IMG/VR virus record: IMGVR_UViG_3300009161_000021
Reading direction: 5' to 3' (one strand)
DNA: 64,000 bases
Source of the DNA: a virus
Taxonomy: Duplodnaviria > Caudoviricetes
The translations under genes and the position numbers were made by a program. How positions within the stretch are numbered: position 1 is the stretch's first letter; each line of letters begins with the position of its first letter. The notes under the pieces were generated by a model that saw nothing but the letters and a program-made list of their open reading frames with translations, was not told where the DNA came from and ran no database searches. This document shows positions 49,019 through 58,124 of this stretch, in pieces.

Positions 49019-49872
49019 TAGATCAGTTCCATGATTTCTTGCAAAGTGAATCTCTCAACATCGTTTGAGCTTGGACCCTGCTCGAGTATCTTCTCGTGAA
49101 GATTCTCTCCTTGCTGGAGACCGATCGTCTTGACGTCTATCGTAGTACCAGCTTTAGCGTACTTCTTGATCATCGCATCAAGAAGATCTCCAACACTCAT
49201 CGCTTTCATCTCAGGAACCCAAGGACTGGAATTCTTGGCCTCTCTTAAGCACTGAAAGATCAGATCGATGGCTTGCTCTCGAGTCCAGAAAAAACGAGTT
49301 GCAGTGGGCTCCGTTACTATTACCTGTTCACCATTCTGGATCTTATCCTTCCACTTACAAAGCACCGAACCAGTAGAGTAGAGGACGTTTCCATACCGGA
49401 CGATTCGGTACTTAGTGTCAGGATTTAGCTCTTCAAACTGAAGGAAAAGTCTTTCCATGAGAAGCTTTGTAGCTCCGTAGGTTCCAGAGACTTGGGCCGC
49501 CTTATCAGTGCTAATTCCAATCACAAAATCAAACTTATTCCGCAAAGACTCATTGAGAATGTTGATAGTTCCGACAACATTGCTTCTAGTGCACTCAAGA
49601 CCGTGCTTCTCAGCCATCCCAACATGCTTGTAAGCAGCTAAATGGTAAACCGCGTTGACTCCCTTGCACGCTTGATGCGAGTCAAATTCATTCGCGATAT
49701 CACCGGTAAAAATTTCGATGCTTGGGAATCGCTCCTTGAGCATAATGAGCTTTCCCTCGTTTCTTGAGATAATTCTCACTCTATCTCCTTGAGAAAGGAG
49801 CTTCTCAACTAACTTTTCGCCAAGAAAACCGGTTCCGCCAGTGACTAAAATAAGCTTCTGGTCTTTTTGCAT
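49018..49872 (-). CDS. UDP-GlcNAc 4,6-dehydratase (PseB/FlaA1/CapD family)
   Basis: VTGGTGFLG, HLAAYKHV, STDKA, YGATK, RYGNV-x-x-STGSV, TRFF; ATG at 49872 after AAGGAG. Confidence 0.85.
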   Translation of the reverse strand: MQKDQKLILVTGGTGFLGEKLVEKLLSQGDRVRIISRNEGKLIMLKERFPSIEIFTGDIANEFDSHQACKGVNAVYHLAAYKHVGMAEKHGLECTRSNVVGTINILNESLRNKFDFVIGISTDKAAQVSGTYGATKLLMERLFLQFEELNPDTKYRIVRYGNVLYSTGSVLCKWKDKIQNGEQVIVTEPTATRFFWTREQAIDLIFQCLREAKNSSPWVPEMKAMSVGDLLDAMIKKYAKAGTTIDVKTIGLQQGENLHEKILEQGPSSNDVERFTLQEIMELI

Positions 49873-49950
49873 GCTTCTCCTTTGTTTGGATATTTTCATT
49901 CAACTCTACAACGACAAAGCTGGTTGTTCCGTTGTTTTGCTGATTATCTC

Positions 49951-50709
49951 TCAGATCTTATCGTACGGCTTCCTTGATCTGATCAGAGCCTCATTCGAGA
50001 GCTGCTCATTTCTTGAGCTCAGATGCTCGGCTGCGGGATTCATGCGATTGTAGCAAAGAAGAATGTTCGGTATGAAGCAAGATCTCTCCCTTGCCATCTC
50101 GATCAGAGGAAACATGATCGCTAGATCGCAGCTTGCCATAAAGTAATTGCCGTTGTTGTCTTTGAAATCCTCATCTCTAATCTTTGACCACAGATGGGAC
50201 TTGTACGTCCTTAGATGCGACGTGCTCCACTGAGCCTTTCTGTAATTGCCGCTGAGATGAAGGCTAGGGTCGATTGGTGTGCTAAACTTTCCAACCTCTC
50301 CAAAGGGCCACTCAACGTAACTTCCCCACGTAACCAGACATCCAGTTGATCTGTAAGCATAATCTAAGATGTGAAGGACTGCGGGGCTATAGAGCCAGTC
50401 ATCTCCGTCCAGGTTGATGAGAACAGCTTCAGGAAAGCTTTCACAAGATTGCATCTTGTATCCTTCGATAAAGTTTCTCATTATTCCAAGACGTGAGCTG
50501 TTTCTTTTCATAAGAAACTTTTTCGAGAGATCAGGTCCAAGAAGATTGATGTAGGAAACTATTTTTTCCCATGTGTCATCGGTCGATGCATCATCGATCA
50601 CAGCGCAGGTCCAGTCTCCTTCATACTGCTGACTTGCAACCGAGTCAAGGCATCTCTGTATCCAGGGACCTGCATTTCTCACCGGGACAGTTATCATGAA
50701 CCGAGTCAA
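49951..50709 (-). CDS. Glycosyltransferase family 2
   Basis: ITVPVRNAGPWIQRCLDSV, IDDASTD, LDGDDWL, D-x-A; the likely start is the TTG at 50709, overlapping the upstream TGA. Confidence 0.9.
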   Translation of the reverse strand: MTRFMITVPVRNAGPWIQRCLDSVASQQYEGDWTCAVIDDASTDDTWEKIVSYINLLGPDLSKKFLMKRNSSRLGIMRNFIEGYKMQSCESFPEAVLINLDGDDWLYSPAVLHILDYAYRSTGCLVTWGSYVEWPFGEVGKFSTPIDPSLHLSGNYRKAQWSTSHLRTYKSHLWSKIRDEDFKDNNGNYFMASCDLAIMFPLIEMARERSCFIPNILLCYNRMNPAAEHLSSRNEQLSNEALIRSRKPYDKI

Positions 50710-51617
50710 GATACAAACTCCAAAGTTCTCTTCCAAAAAACTTCTCTTCTATTATAGAGCCACTGAAGAGTGAAGTTCACATCAGGATTCTCAAGCCACT
50801 CCTCTCCGACATGTTGGACGTTCTCGTTAGTAACGATCTGACATCCAAGAAGACGCGCTTCGGTTACCATTCGATTTGAAACGTCAGCACCACGAGGAAG
50901 GCAAACAAAACCTTCAGAGTTTGCCATCAGCTCAAGGACTTGATCAGGTGATAGGTTCTTGATCAGAGTGTGTTCTTTATTGTTTTCTACCAGCCACTTC
51001 TTAGCATCATCAGTTCCCTTGATCCAAGAATCAGAGTCGAGAGTCAACCACCCAGCTTTCTTTCTGGAAGGTATCGACTCGATAAGAGGAACAATCTTGA
51101 GAAAAAAGTCCTCTCCAAATACTGCAGATAGAACTTCACAGTTAGCTGTTTTTAGACTTGGAAATCTGTCAAAATACCGCTGCATATGACGCTGGGAACA
51201 GAACCAGACTTGCTTCGCGTTAATGTAGAATCTCTCAATGAGCTTGCCCCAGATCTCAGACTCACAGTGACATTCCTCTCCTCCCTCGGTCAGATGCCTC
51301 TCTACCGATCTCCATCTACAAAACTTATAGTCATGCTCGAATACGGAGTAGCTAATTTTAGACACTGAAAAGTACTGGATAAGTGCTGGATTCAGTTGAG
51401 CAAAATTCCCAAAAACCCAGTGACAGTCCCGGTGAGTCTCTATCATCTCCAGGGTGACCTGACCTGACCTGATCCCAGCAAATGGGACTGGAGCTGATCT
51501 ATGAAGAGCGTCCATCGACAACTCAGCTCCTCCGACAAGATCAGAGAGAAAAAAGTCTTGGACAAATACTATCTTAAACTCAGGCTTCTTCGGCTCTGTA
51601 AATGGGCTGCTGAACAT
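50706..51617 (-). CDS. Glycosyltransferase, GT-B-like (divergent GT4-like)
   Basis: VGGAELS, HDYKFC, KGTDDA, GFVCLP...NRMVTEARLLGCQI; start placed at the ATG at 51617 (track uses TTG 51623). Confidence 0.65.
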   Translation of the reverse strand: MFSSPFTEPKKPEFKIVFVQDFFLSDLVGGAELSMDALHRSAPVPFAGIRSGQVTLEMIETHRDCHWVFGNFAQLNPALIQYFSVSKISYSVFEHDYKFCRWRSVERHLTEGGEECHCESEIWGKLIERFYINAKQVWFCSQRHMQRYFDRFPSLKTANCEVLSAVFGEDFFLKIVPLIESIPSRKKAGWLTLDSDSWIKGTDDAKKWLVENNKEHTLIKNLSPDQVLELMANSEGFVCLPRGADVSNRMVTEARLLGCQIVTNENVQHVGEEWLENPDVNFTLQWLYNRREVFWKRTLEFVS

Positions 51618-51622
51618 GAACA

Positions 51623-51651
51623 ATTATAGCAAGCCTCTTCACAAATGAAAA
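51623..51651 (-). promoter_or_regulatory. Putative sigma-70-like extended -10 promoter heading the glycan locus, leaderless geometry
   Basis: Minus strand TTTTCA-N17-TATAAT with a TGn extension (TGCTATAAT), 5 nt before ATG 51617; no SD. Confidence 0.55.
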
Positions 51652-51672
51652 CGGCCGGTGGTTAGCCGGCCG
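51643..51672 (-). terminator. Rho-independent terminator after the tail-fibre genes
   Basis: Minus strand CGGCCGG-CTAACCA-CCGGCCG followed by TTTTCATTT, about 20 nt after the stop at 51692. Confidence 0.8.
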
Positions 51673-51691
51673 AGATCATATCAGGTTTCGA

Positions 51692-53800
51692 TCACCTGCT
51701 CTCATCAAGCTCCGGAACTCTCTCAAGGAGGAACTTGTATCTCTTACCGTTCTTGTTGAAGCGGATGGAGAGGAAGTCAGGTTCCTCGATTAGGGTGTAG
51801 TCACCACGCTCATTGCGAAGGTGCAAGTCTCCGGTGTATATGTGAGCCCAGCGGAAGTCTGAAGAACCCAGTGTGTGGGTGACATCAGCCGCAGGGAGGA
51901 TATTGGAGTTAACAGTTGCGTTGAAAGTAACTCGATCGCTTGCAGAACGTCCCAGAGTCGTCGATCCAGAGACCGTAAGAGTTCCGGAAACGTGAGCTCC
52001 TGAGTCCTCGTAAACTCTGAACTGGCTGACGTTGTTCCAGTTCGCGATATCAAAGTAATGACCTGTACCATCATTGTTGATGTCAAGCTTCGAAACAATG
52101 TTTCCGCTTGAGATGAGAGTGATCGGAGTGCCATTTCCTTGAACTGCGAGGTTACCAGTTCCCAGGAAAAGATCATTGTTGATCGTTGTTCTTCCGGTAA
52201 GAGCTCCGATGCTGACCGTGGTTGCGCTTCCAGTACCGATGTTGATCGTGGTCGGAATCGTGGGCCCAAGGTTTAACGTTGTGTTTGAACCCTGCGAGTC
52301 AAGCGAGACAACGTTCGATGACGGAGACCACGTCTTGAACAAATCGGACCCGGCACTCTGAACAACGAAGCCGTTGGATCCGACAGTATTGGCGTAGACG
52401 GTCGAGCCGCTGACGATCGTATTCTTTGCACTTGCCGCTTCAAGAACCAAGGAGGTTGCGCTGAGACCACGTAGGATTGCGGTGTTTCCTTCACCAGCCG
52501 CCGAACCGCCGGTTCCTGCAGTGATAGAACCCGAGAGCAGTCGAACGTAGTTTCCACCCTGTATTGTCTTGATGGTGAAGTTGTTTCCAGCATCGTGCTG
52601 AACGACCGCGGTGCTACCGCTGAGGTTGACGTTGCCTGCCGCTCTCAGGGTGAGATCGTATGTGCTCTGTCCAGTTATATTGACATTGCTTCCTGCAAGA
52701 CCGACATTGAGGAAGTTGGTGCCATTGCTGTAGTGGTTCGTACCCGCAACATCCGCAAAGAGTTCAACCTGCGAGCCGCTTAGCTGGATCGAAGTGCCGT
52801 TACCCTTCAGCTCTGCAGTCGAACCGCTGACCTGGAACCTAGAAGCCCTGATCGGCTGGAGGTCGGCTACGTTAAACGTGGTTGACGTAGAGTCAGAATT
52901 TGTCTTAGTAGCTACGAACGCCGTGTTCGAAAGAGAGTATCCGAAAGCAACGTTGCTGTTACCAGATCCGGTGTACCCGCCGATGAACCCGCGGTCTCCA
53001 GTGCTGCTTGCCGGAAAAGCTCCGGAAGCAAATCCAAATCCAACGAGAGGGTCTTTGATGATTAGGTTACTGGAAGATACGGTTGTTGTCACTCCCTGGA
53101 CTTCGAGATCACCAGGGATTACAACCCTACCGGTGCTTGAACCGAGGTTAACTGTTGTAGCGGAAGAAGCTACGTTGAACGTTCCAGCGGTGGTTGTTAT
53201 GTCTCCACCGTTGACGGCAACGTCTCCCGTGACTGTGACATTTCCAATCAGAGCGCTTGTTCCCTGGACGGACAGGTTTCCGGCGGACTGAAGGCCAGAG
53301 CCGCTGATGACACCCAAACCGTCGATACTAGCTACAGGAAGACCCGAAAAAATATCTTTGAGAGTGAACGACCCAGAGCCTACGATCGGACCGGAGAACA
53401 CGGACGTGTTGACGGCTGGGTTGCTGCTTGAAACTGCAAAGAATACGTCTGATCCTTTGGAGTTAGCCGCAGAGCTGAAACCGATCGCGATGGACGACGT
53501 CGTGTAAGCTGCAGCTGCGCTAGCTTCGCTGAAGACTGTAGGTGCACCGCCGCCACCGCCGCCTGTCGATGCGATGGTGACCGAGCCGTCCGAGCCCGTT
53601 GTGAGCGTGATGTTGCTGCCCGGCTTGAGGTACTCTCCCCCACCCGCAAGTCTTGTAAGCGAGCCCGTTATATTCGTTGCGTAAACGGTTTGCCACTTAT
53701 TCGCCGAAGAGCCGATGTCATTCGTTGCAGACACAGGAATCAGTGAACCAGTTACTGCGATGGTTCCCAGCGAACCAGATAAACTACCTACGAAAGCCAT
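51692..53800 (-). CDS. Tail fibre protein, Ser/Gly/Thr-rich, 702 aa
   Basis: Low-complexity beta-rich repeats, Gly-run linker and a C-terminal RWAHIYTGDLHL-x-NERG module of the kind found at phage fibre ends. Confidence 0.75.
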   Translation of the reverse strand: MAFVGSLSGSLGTIAVTGSLIPVSATNDIGSSANKWQTVYATNITGSLTRLAGGGEYLKPGSNITLTTGSDGSVTIASTGGGGGGAPTVFSEASAAAAYTTSSIAIGFSSAANSKGSDVFFAVSSSNPAVNTSVFSGPIVGSGSFTLKDIFSGLPVASIDGLGVISGSGLQSAGNLSVQGTSALIGNVTVTGDVAVNGGDITTTAGTFNVASSATTVNLGSSTGRVVIPGDLEVQGVTTTVSSSNLIIKDPLVGFGFASGAFPASSTGDRGFIGGYTGSGNSNVAFGYSLSNTAFVATKTNSDSTSTTFNVADLQPIRASRFQVSGSTAELKGNGTSIQLSGSQVELFADVAGTNHYSNGTNFLNVGLAGSNVNITGQSTYDLTLRAAGNVNLSGSTAVVQHDAGNNFTIKTIQGGNYVRLLSGSITAGTGGSAAGEGNTAILRGLSATSLVLEAASAKNTIVSGSTVYANTVGSNGFVVQSAGSDLFKTWSPSSNVVSLDSQGSNTTLNLGPTIPTTINIGTGSATTVSIGALTGRTTINNDLFLGTGNLAVQGNGTPITLISSGNIVSKLDINNDGTGHYFDIANWNNVSQFRVYEDSGAHVSGTLTVSGSTTLGRSASDRVTFNATVNSNILPAADVTHTLGSSDFRWAHIYTGDLHLRNERGDYTLIEEPDFLSIRFNKNGKRYKFLLERVPELDESR
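52815..53232 (-). repeat. About 140-aa fibre module, copy 1 (paralogous to 57174..57586)
   Basis: GDVAVNGGDITTT...GDLEVQG...DP...GDRGFIGG...FVATKT...LQPIRAS. Confidence 0.85.
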
Positions 53801-53826
53801 GATATCACTCCAATTTCAGTTCATCT

Positions 53827-53834
53827 CTAACTAT
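53827..53834 (-). promoter_or_regulatory. Candidate late-promoter motif ATAGTTAG
   Basis: Intergenic, upstream of the fibre gene starting at 53800. Confidence 0.5.
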
Positions 53835-53846
53835 CAACGAATACGG

Positions 53847-54758
53847 TTATTCGTCGATTAATTGCATCAACATCTTGTAGTTTTTTCCAGTCTTGTTGTT
53901 TACAATTCTGAGGAAGTCGTTTTCCTCGATCACAGTCCAGTCGCCGCGCTCGTTTCGAAGGTGAAGGTCGCCTGTGTATATGTGAGCCCAACGTATCGCA
54001 TCAGTTCCAAGAGTGTATGTGTTGTGAGCGTCAGGAACGATGGATCCTTTCATTCCGACTGAACCGGTGATGTACAAGGAACCCGACATATAAATGTTGG
54101 AAGTCCCAGCTGTGTCAGTCGTCCCGATCCTGATATTTGTTGTCGACCCTTGATCTCCGCCCTGACCGATGTTAATGTTCTTTATGAGACCTGAGACCGT
54201 CGCCCCAGTAGCCAGATTAATACCAATCGAGCCAGTCCTGCTTGCTGCAACGTTGAGCGTGAATCCGTTAGCGTTGCTGGAATTTCCGAACGATATTGTT
54301 GAAGCAGCCCCACCGATCGCAACCGAGCTCACTCCTGTCGCAAATATTGTGGTTGATGATGCTGAGCTCGTGATGTCGCCGCCGTCAACTGCAAGATCTC
54401 CCGAGATTGTTAATGAGTTTGATCCCGTTGCGAATACAAGACCAGAAGAAGCTCCAAGAACTCCATTGTCATTAAACTGTATCTGTGTGTTTGATCCCGT
54501 TGGAGGGGAAACAAACTCGATTAAGTTGGCGTCAGCTACACCATCACGATACCAGTACTTTTTTGAGGATCCGCTGACGATGAGTCGAACTTCCATCGAC
54601 TTAAATCTAAGAGCGGATGGAATGCCAGCGTTTGCTGCGGTGAGAGCAGATGGAACGGTGTCGGCGGAACCAGTGAATGGTCCCGAGTACGAGTCAACTG
54701 GAACAGCATTGACTGGCTGGATTCCATATGGTAGCTGAAGTCCGGGAGTTACTGGCAT
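53847..54758 (-). CDS. Short tail-fibre-like protein, 303 aa
   Basis: Shares the C-terminal RWAHIYTGDLHLRNERGD module with 51692..53800, and the QFND-x-G and GD-x-AV-x-GGDIT modules with 54771..58124. Confidence 0.7.
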   Translation of the reverse strand: MPVTPGLQLPYGIQPVNAVPVDSYSGPFTGSADTVPSALTAANAGIPSALRFKSMEVRLIVSGSSKKYWYRDGVADANLIEFVSPPTGSNTQIQFNDNGVLGASSGLVFATGSNSLTISGDLAVDGGDITSSASSTTIFATGVSSVAIGGAASTISFGNSSNANGFTLNVAASRTGSIGINLATGATVSGLIKNINIGQGGDQGSTTNIRIGTTDTAGTSNIYMSGSLYITGSVGMKGSIVPDAHNTYTLGTDAIRWAHIYTGDLHLRNERGDWTVIEENDFLRIVNNKTGKNYKMLMQLIDE

Positions 54759-54766
54759 GCTGCTCT

Positions 54767-54774
54767 CTAATTAT
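54767..54774 (-). promoter_or_regulatory. Candidate late-promoter motif ATAATTAG
   Basis: Overlaps the stop at 54771; 8 nt upstream of 54758. Confidence 0.45.
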
Positions 54775-57700
54775 GCCCTTACGATCGAGTGACGGTGACT
54801 CGAGGCGTACGGGGAAGCGATTGTCATAGTGTAGACCTTGTACGAAACAGCAGTACCACCACCATCATTCACGTTGAACGTGGAGAGCACGTAGCTCGAT
54901 GTGATGTCAGCGTTCAAGGCGTCCAGATCGGTTACGGAAGAGATGGTGTCTGATGCCGCAACCGTGGTTGGCAGCGCCATGGTGAAGTTGACTTGGGTAT
55001 TTCCAGTATCAAGCTGCGTGGTGCCACCGGCGCTCACCAGCGTCTTTGTTCCAAGTGCTCTGACGTTTGCAGAGTTCACTGGGGCGGAAGCGGAAGGACC
55101 GTAGAAGATTCCGTACTGGAACGTGATTGTTGTGCTTCCTGATGTTGAAGTCTGGTAAGCATCAACAACTTGGACTCTGTAGAGCAACGACGTGGACGTG
55201 TTGAGAGAAGAGTCGTTGTGGCTTGTCGAAGGAATTGAGATTGAGGATGGGTTACCCGAGACAGGAACTGCGCTCAAACCTGGAACGTCTGTCCAACCTC
55301 CCGTTCCATTGACCTGATACTGAACAGAGTAACTTGAAATTGGCGCGTTCGACCTGTTCCTGGTAATGGTGCCGGTGATTGTTGAACCGACATTTCCACG
55401 CTCTCGAAGCGTGTTTGTCTCGTTTGAGAACCCACCACCTGTCGTGGTCGTGACAGTGAGCGCCATTGTCGGAGCGGCATAAGCTTGTGGAGTCAAGTTC
55501 ACGGCAGTTGTGAGCGTAGCTCCCGCGCTGTCAGTTATGATGTACTGGTAGTTGAGAATTGTGGTGAAGAAAGAACCAACCGTGAAAGTGTGATCGTAGT
55601 ACAGAGGATTTGTCGTTGCGCTTGTCAGAGTCGTCCAAGCCCCTGTTGAGCCGCTTCTGAACTGAAGCGCTGCTGTCGAGACTGTTGCGCCGAGAGTGTT
55701 GATCGTATAACTTCCAGTGATGGATGTTGTGATTGACCCGGAGATACCGAATGTGGAAGTGATCGGGTTTGTTGGAGTAAGATTCACGGTCGGATTGATA
55801 GGCTCTGCAATTGCAAGGAGGATGACTTCCGCAGGTGTCTTTCCAGTTGCTGGGATCGTGGTACCGGTTGCGTATCTTCCAAAAGTTCTTCCACCAGTCA
55901 AAGAAACTGAAAGATCACTCGGGAAAACGTAAGAGTTAACAGTGACCTGACCGTTGGCGGATCCCGAAGTAATCGAGATGCTTCCTGTCTGTGCCATGGC
56001 GCTGGATGAGCTTGCAACAAGGTAAGGTGTACCGTCCGTTAAGCTTCTGAGTGATCCGCTCAATCCACCAGTTGCTTTGATCGTGACACCAGTCAGAGTA
56101 TCAGTCGTCTTATTGTAAGTTAGACCGCTGTCACCACCGAATGTTGTTCCACCATCATTAAATTGAACGTAAGTGTCGGATCCACCCGGAGACCCACCGC
56201 CACCGCCTGAAGCAGTGAGTTCCCACTGTCCGGAAGAATTGTAGTTGACGGTTACACCGCTTCCGGTGATGAAATCAAGACCGCCAGTAGTCTTTCTAAG
56301 AGACCCAGTTATATTCTGCGCAATAAGTGAGCCTGTTACCTGAACGCTTGAACCGCTGATCGTTACAGCAGAGTCGCTATTGATAGAGAGGCTCTTACCA
56401 GTGTAAGCGCTGATGGTAGCGTTCTGTCCTGAGCCGCTAACAACACTCAAAAACTGAGAGTTGTCTTTCTCAAATCCAATTCCCTGAGAGCCTGCAGTGA
56501 TTGATAGCAAGCTACCGGTTAGCTTGGTTAAACCCGTTCCGCCGATCTGAAACGTCTTACCGGCTGCAGCTGCGAGTGATGTAAGATCTCCCGATCCGCT
56601 GCTAATTGTTGCGAAATTAGTTCCATGACGCTGGAAGTTGATAACACCAGCGCCGTGATTAATAGAGACTGTTGAACCGCTTAGCTGAGTCGAAGCTGTT
56701 CCGCCAACGCTTAAGTTTAGGGATTGAGCTGAGATGACAGAGTCACTTGCGCCGTCGTAGGTCGCTCGAAGAAACTCTGAAGCTCCGCGATAAAGTAAGA
56801 TTTGACCGTCGTTAGATCCAAGCGTTAGGGTAGATCCACTAATCGTGAGATTTACCGGTGTTCCTGACTGTAATCTTCCAAGTATCTTTGGGCTGAATAA
56901 GTTGGAGCTATCAACCGCAAGTCCGCCGTTGGAATTCGAATCAAACCATGTAAGACCAGAGTACGAATCAATGTGGACTGAGCTGCCAGAGAGATACAAC
57001 GACGGAAAAGCAGCTTCTGTCGATCGAATGAGAGCTGATGAACCACCAGATCTTGAAAAAGAGATGTACTCAGACTCAGCTTCAAAGAATTTAACCGTAT
57101 TTCCAGAAGCAGCTTTCAGCTGGACTGCAGTTCCGCTGGCAACTAGCGTCGAACCGTCTGAAGACGTAATAAAAGCTGTTGTTCCGTTGACTTGAAGAGA
57201 TGAAGCTCTGATCGGCTGCAAGCTGCTAACAGCAATTGCAGTTGCGCCGGGAGTGGATGTTGTCTTTGTGGCGACAAATGACCCGCTGTTGTTCGACCAT
57301 GCAAAAGCGACATTGTTACCAGCTCCCGTGATACCACCGATGAATCCACGATCTCCAGCTGATCCAGCCACCGATCCGGTGGTGAAACCAAGACCTATGA
57401 GCGGATCTTCAACCGTGATATTGGAAGCGTCAACAGTTACAGTCGTTCCCTGGACTTCAAGATCGCCCGGAACTACGACCCTGCTTGTGCTTGATCCGAG
57501 GTTGAGAGTTGTTGCTGAAGTTGCAAGGTTAAACGTTGACGCAGTTGTGGTAATATCTCCACCGTCGACCGCAACGTCACCCGAAAATTGAGCGTTTGTT
57601 CCCGTTACGTTACCAATTACGTAATGTGATCCAGAGATGACGACATCGCCACCGAACACAGACTTTCTAGCAGTAGCATCAGTAATGCCAGATGTTCCGC

Positions 57701-58124
57701 TGACAAAGAAGAATACATCGGAACCGGCGTTCTGGGCTGCGTAACTTGACCCCAGAGCTCCCGCAATGGATACTGAAGCGGTTGAGTTGAGACGTGGGGA
57801 TGGGGAAAGCTCATTCCAGTTGCTTGTGCCTCCGCCCCCTCCTCCGACAGAATATGACGCGCCCGCTGAGTTGTAGATTGTACCTGAAATGACGACGTCA
57901 CCCTTGAAAGTGACAACTCCACGAGATGATGAATTTTTAGAACCTGCAGTTCCTGAAATGAAAAGCCAGGTATCAGATCCGGTCGTGAAATGTGATGCGA
58001 AGAACCCACCTGACTGATCCGTTGCAGAACCAAGCCCATAGATCAGAAGCGGTGAAGATGCAGTGCTTCCAGAGTTGATGATCTGGTTAACGCGTATCTG
58101 TCTTGCGCGAAAATCTGCTGACAT
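54771..58124 (-). CDS. Long tail fibre protein, Ser/Gly/Thr-rich, 1117 aa
   Basis: Repetitive xSGS segments, GGGGG linkers, QFNDGG module and Ig-like C-terminal region. Confidence 0.75.
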   Translation of the reverse strand: MSADFRARQIRVNQIINSGSTASSPLLIYGLGSATDQSGGFFASHFTTGSDTWLFISGTAGSKNSSSRGVVTFKGDVVISGTIYNSAGASYSVGGGGGGTSNWNELSPSPRLNSTASVSIAGALGSSYAAQNAGSDVFFFVSGTSGITDATARKSVFGGDVVISGSHYVIGNVTGTNAQFSGDVAVDGGDITTTASTFNLATSATTLNLGSSTSRVVVPGDLEVQGTTVTVDASNITVEDPLIGLGFTTGSVAGSAGDRGFIGGITGAGNNVAFAWSNNSGSFVATKTTSTPGATAIAVSSLQPIRASSLQVNGTTAFITSSDGSTLVASGTAVQLKAASGNTVKFFEAESEYISFSRSGGSSALIRSTEAAFPSLYLSGSSVHIDSYSGLTWFDSNSNGGLAVDSSNLFSPKILGRLQSGTPVNLTISGSTLTLGSNDGQILLYRGASEFLRATYDGASDSVISAQSLNLSVGGTASTQLSGSTVSINHGAGVINFQRHGTNFATISSGSGDLTSLAAAAGKTFQIGGTGLTKLTGSLLSITAGSQGIGFEKDNSQFLSVVSGSGQNATISAYTGKSLSINSDSAVTISGSSVQVTGSLIAQNITGSLRKTTGGLDFITGSGVTVNYNSSGQWELTASGGGGGSPGGSDTYVQFNDGGTTFGGDSGLTYNKTTDTLTGVTIKATGGLSGSLRSLTDGTPYLVASSSSAMAQTGSISITSGSANGQVTVNSYVFPSDLSVSLTGGRTFGRYATGTTIPATGKTPAEVILLAIAEPINPTVNLTPTNPITSTFGISGSITTSITGSYTINTLGATVSTAALQFRSGSTGAWTTLTSATTNPLYYDHTFTVGSFFTTILNYQYIITDSAGATLTTAVNLTPQAYAAPTMALTVTTTTGGGFSNETNTLRERGNVGSTITGTITRNRSNAPISSYSVQYQVNGTGGWTDVPGLSAVPVSGNPSSISIPSTSHNDSSLNTSTSLLYRVQVVDAYQTSTSGSTTITFQYGIFYGPSASAPVNSANVRALGTKTLVSAGGTTQLDTGNTQVNFTMALPTTVAASDTISSVTDLDALNADITSSYVLSTFNVNDGGGTAVSYKVYTMTIASPYASSHRHSIVRA
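57174..57586 (-). repeat. About 140-aa fibre module, copy 2
   Basis: GDVAVDGGDITTT...GDLEVQG...DP...GDRGFIGG...FVATKT...LQPIRAS. Confidence 0.85.

Noticed and set aside
27107-51617. Bacterial chromosomal O-antigen or capsule locus
   Set aside because: No wzx/wzy/wzz/ABC or initiating transferase; it is flanked and coupled on both sides by phage genes and shares their upstream motif.
51692-54044. Peptidase S74 intramolecular chaperone at the fibre C-termini
   Set aside because: The SD-x-R-x-K autocleavage motif is absent; treated as a different shared C-terminal module.
53540-57845. CCG/CCA-rich runs as phase-variable repeats or DGR target sites
   Set aside because: They encode in-frame poly-Gly linkers with mixed codons; no reverse transcriptase or template/variable repeat pair is seen.
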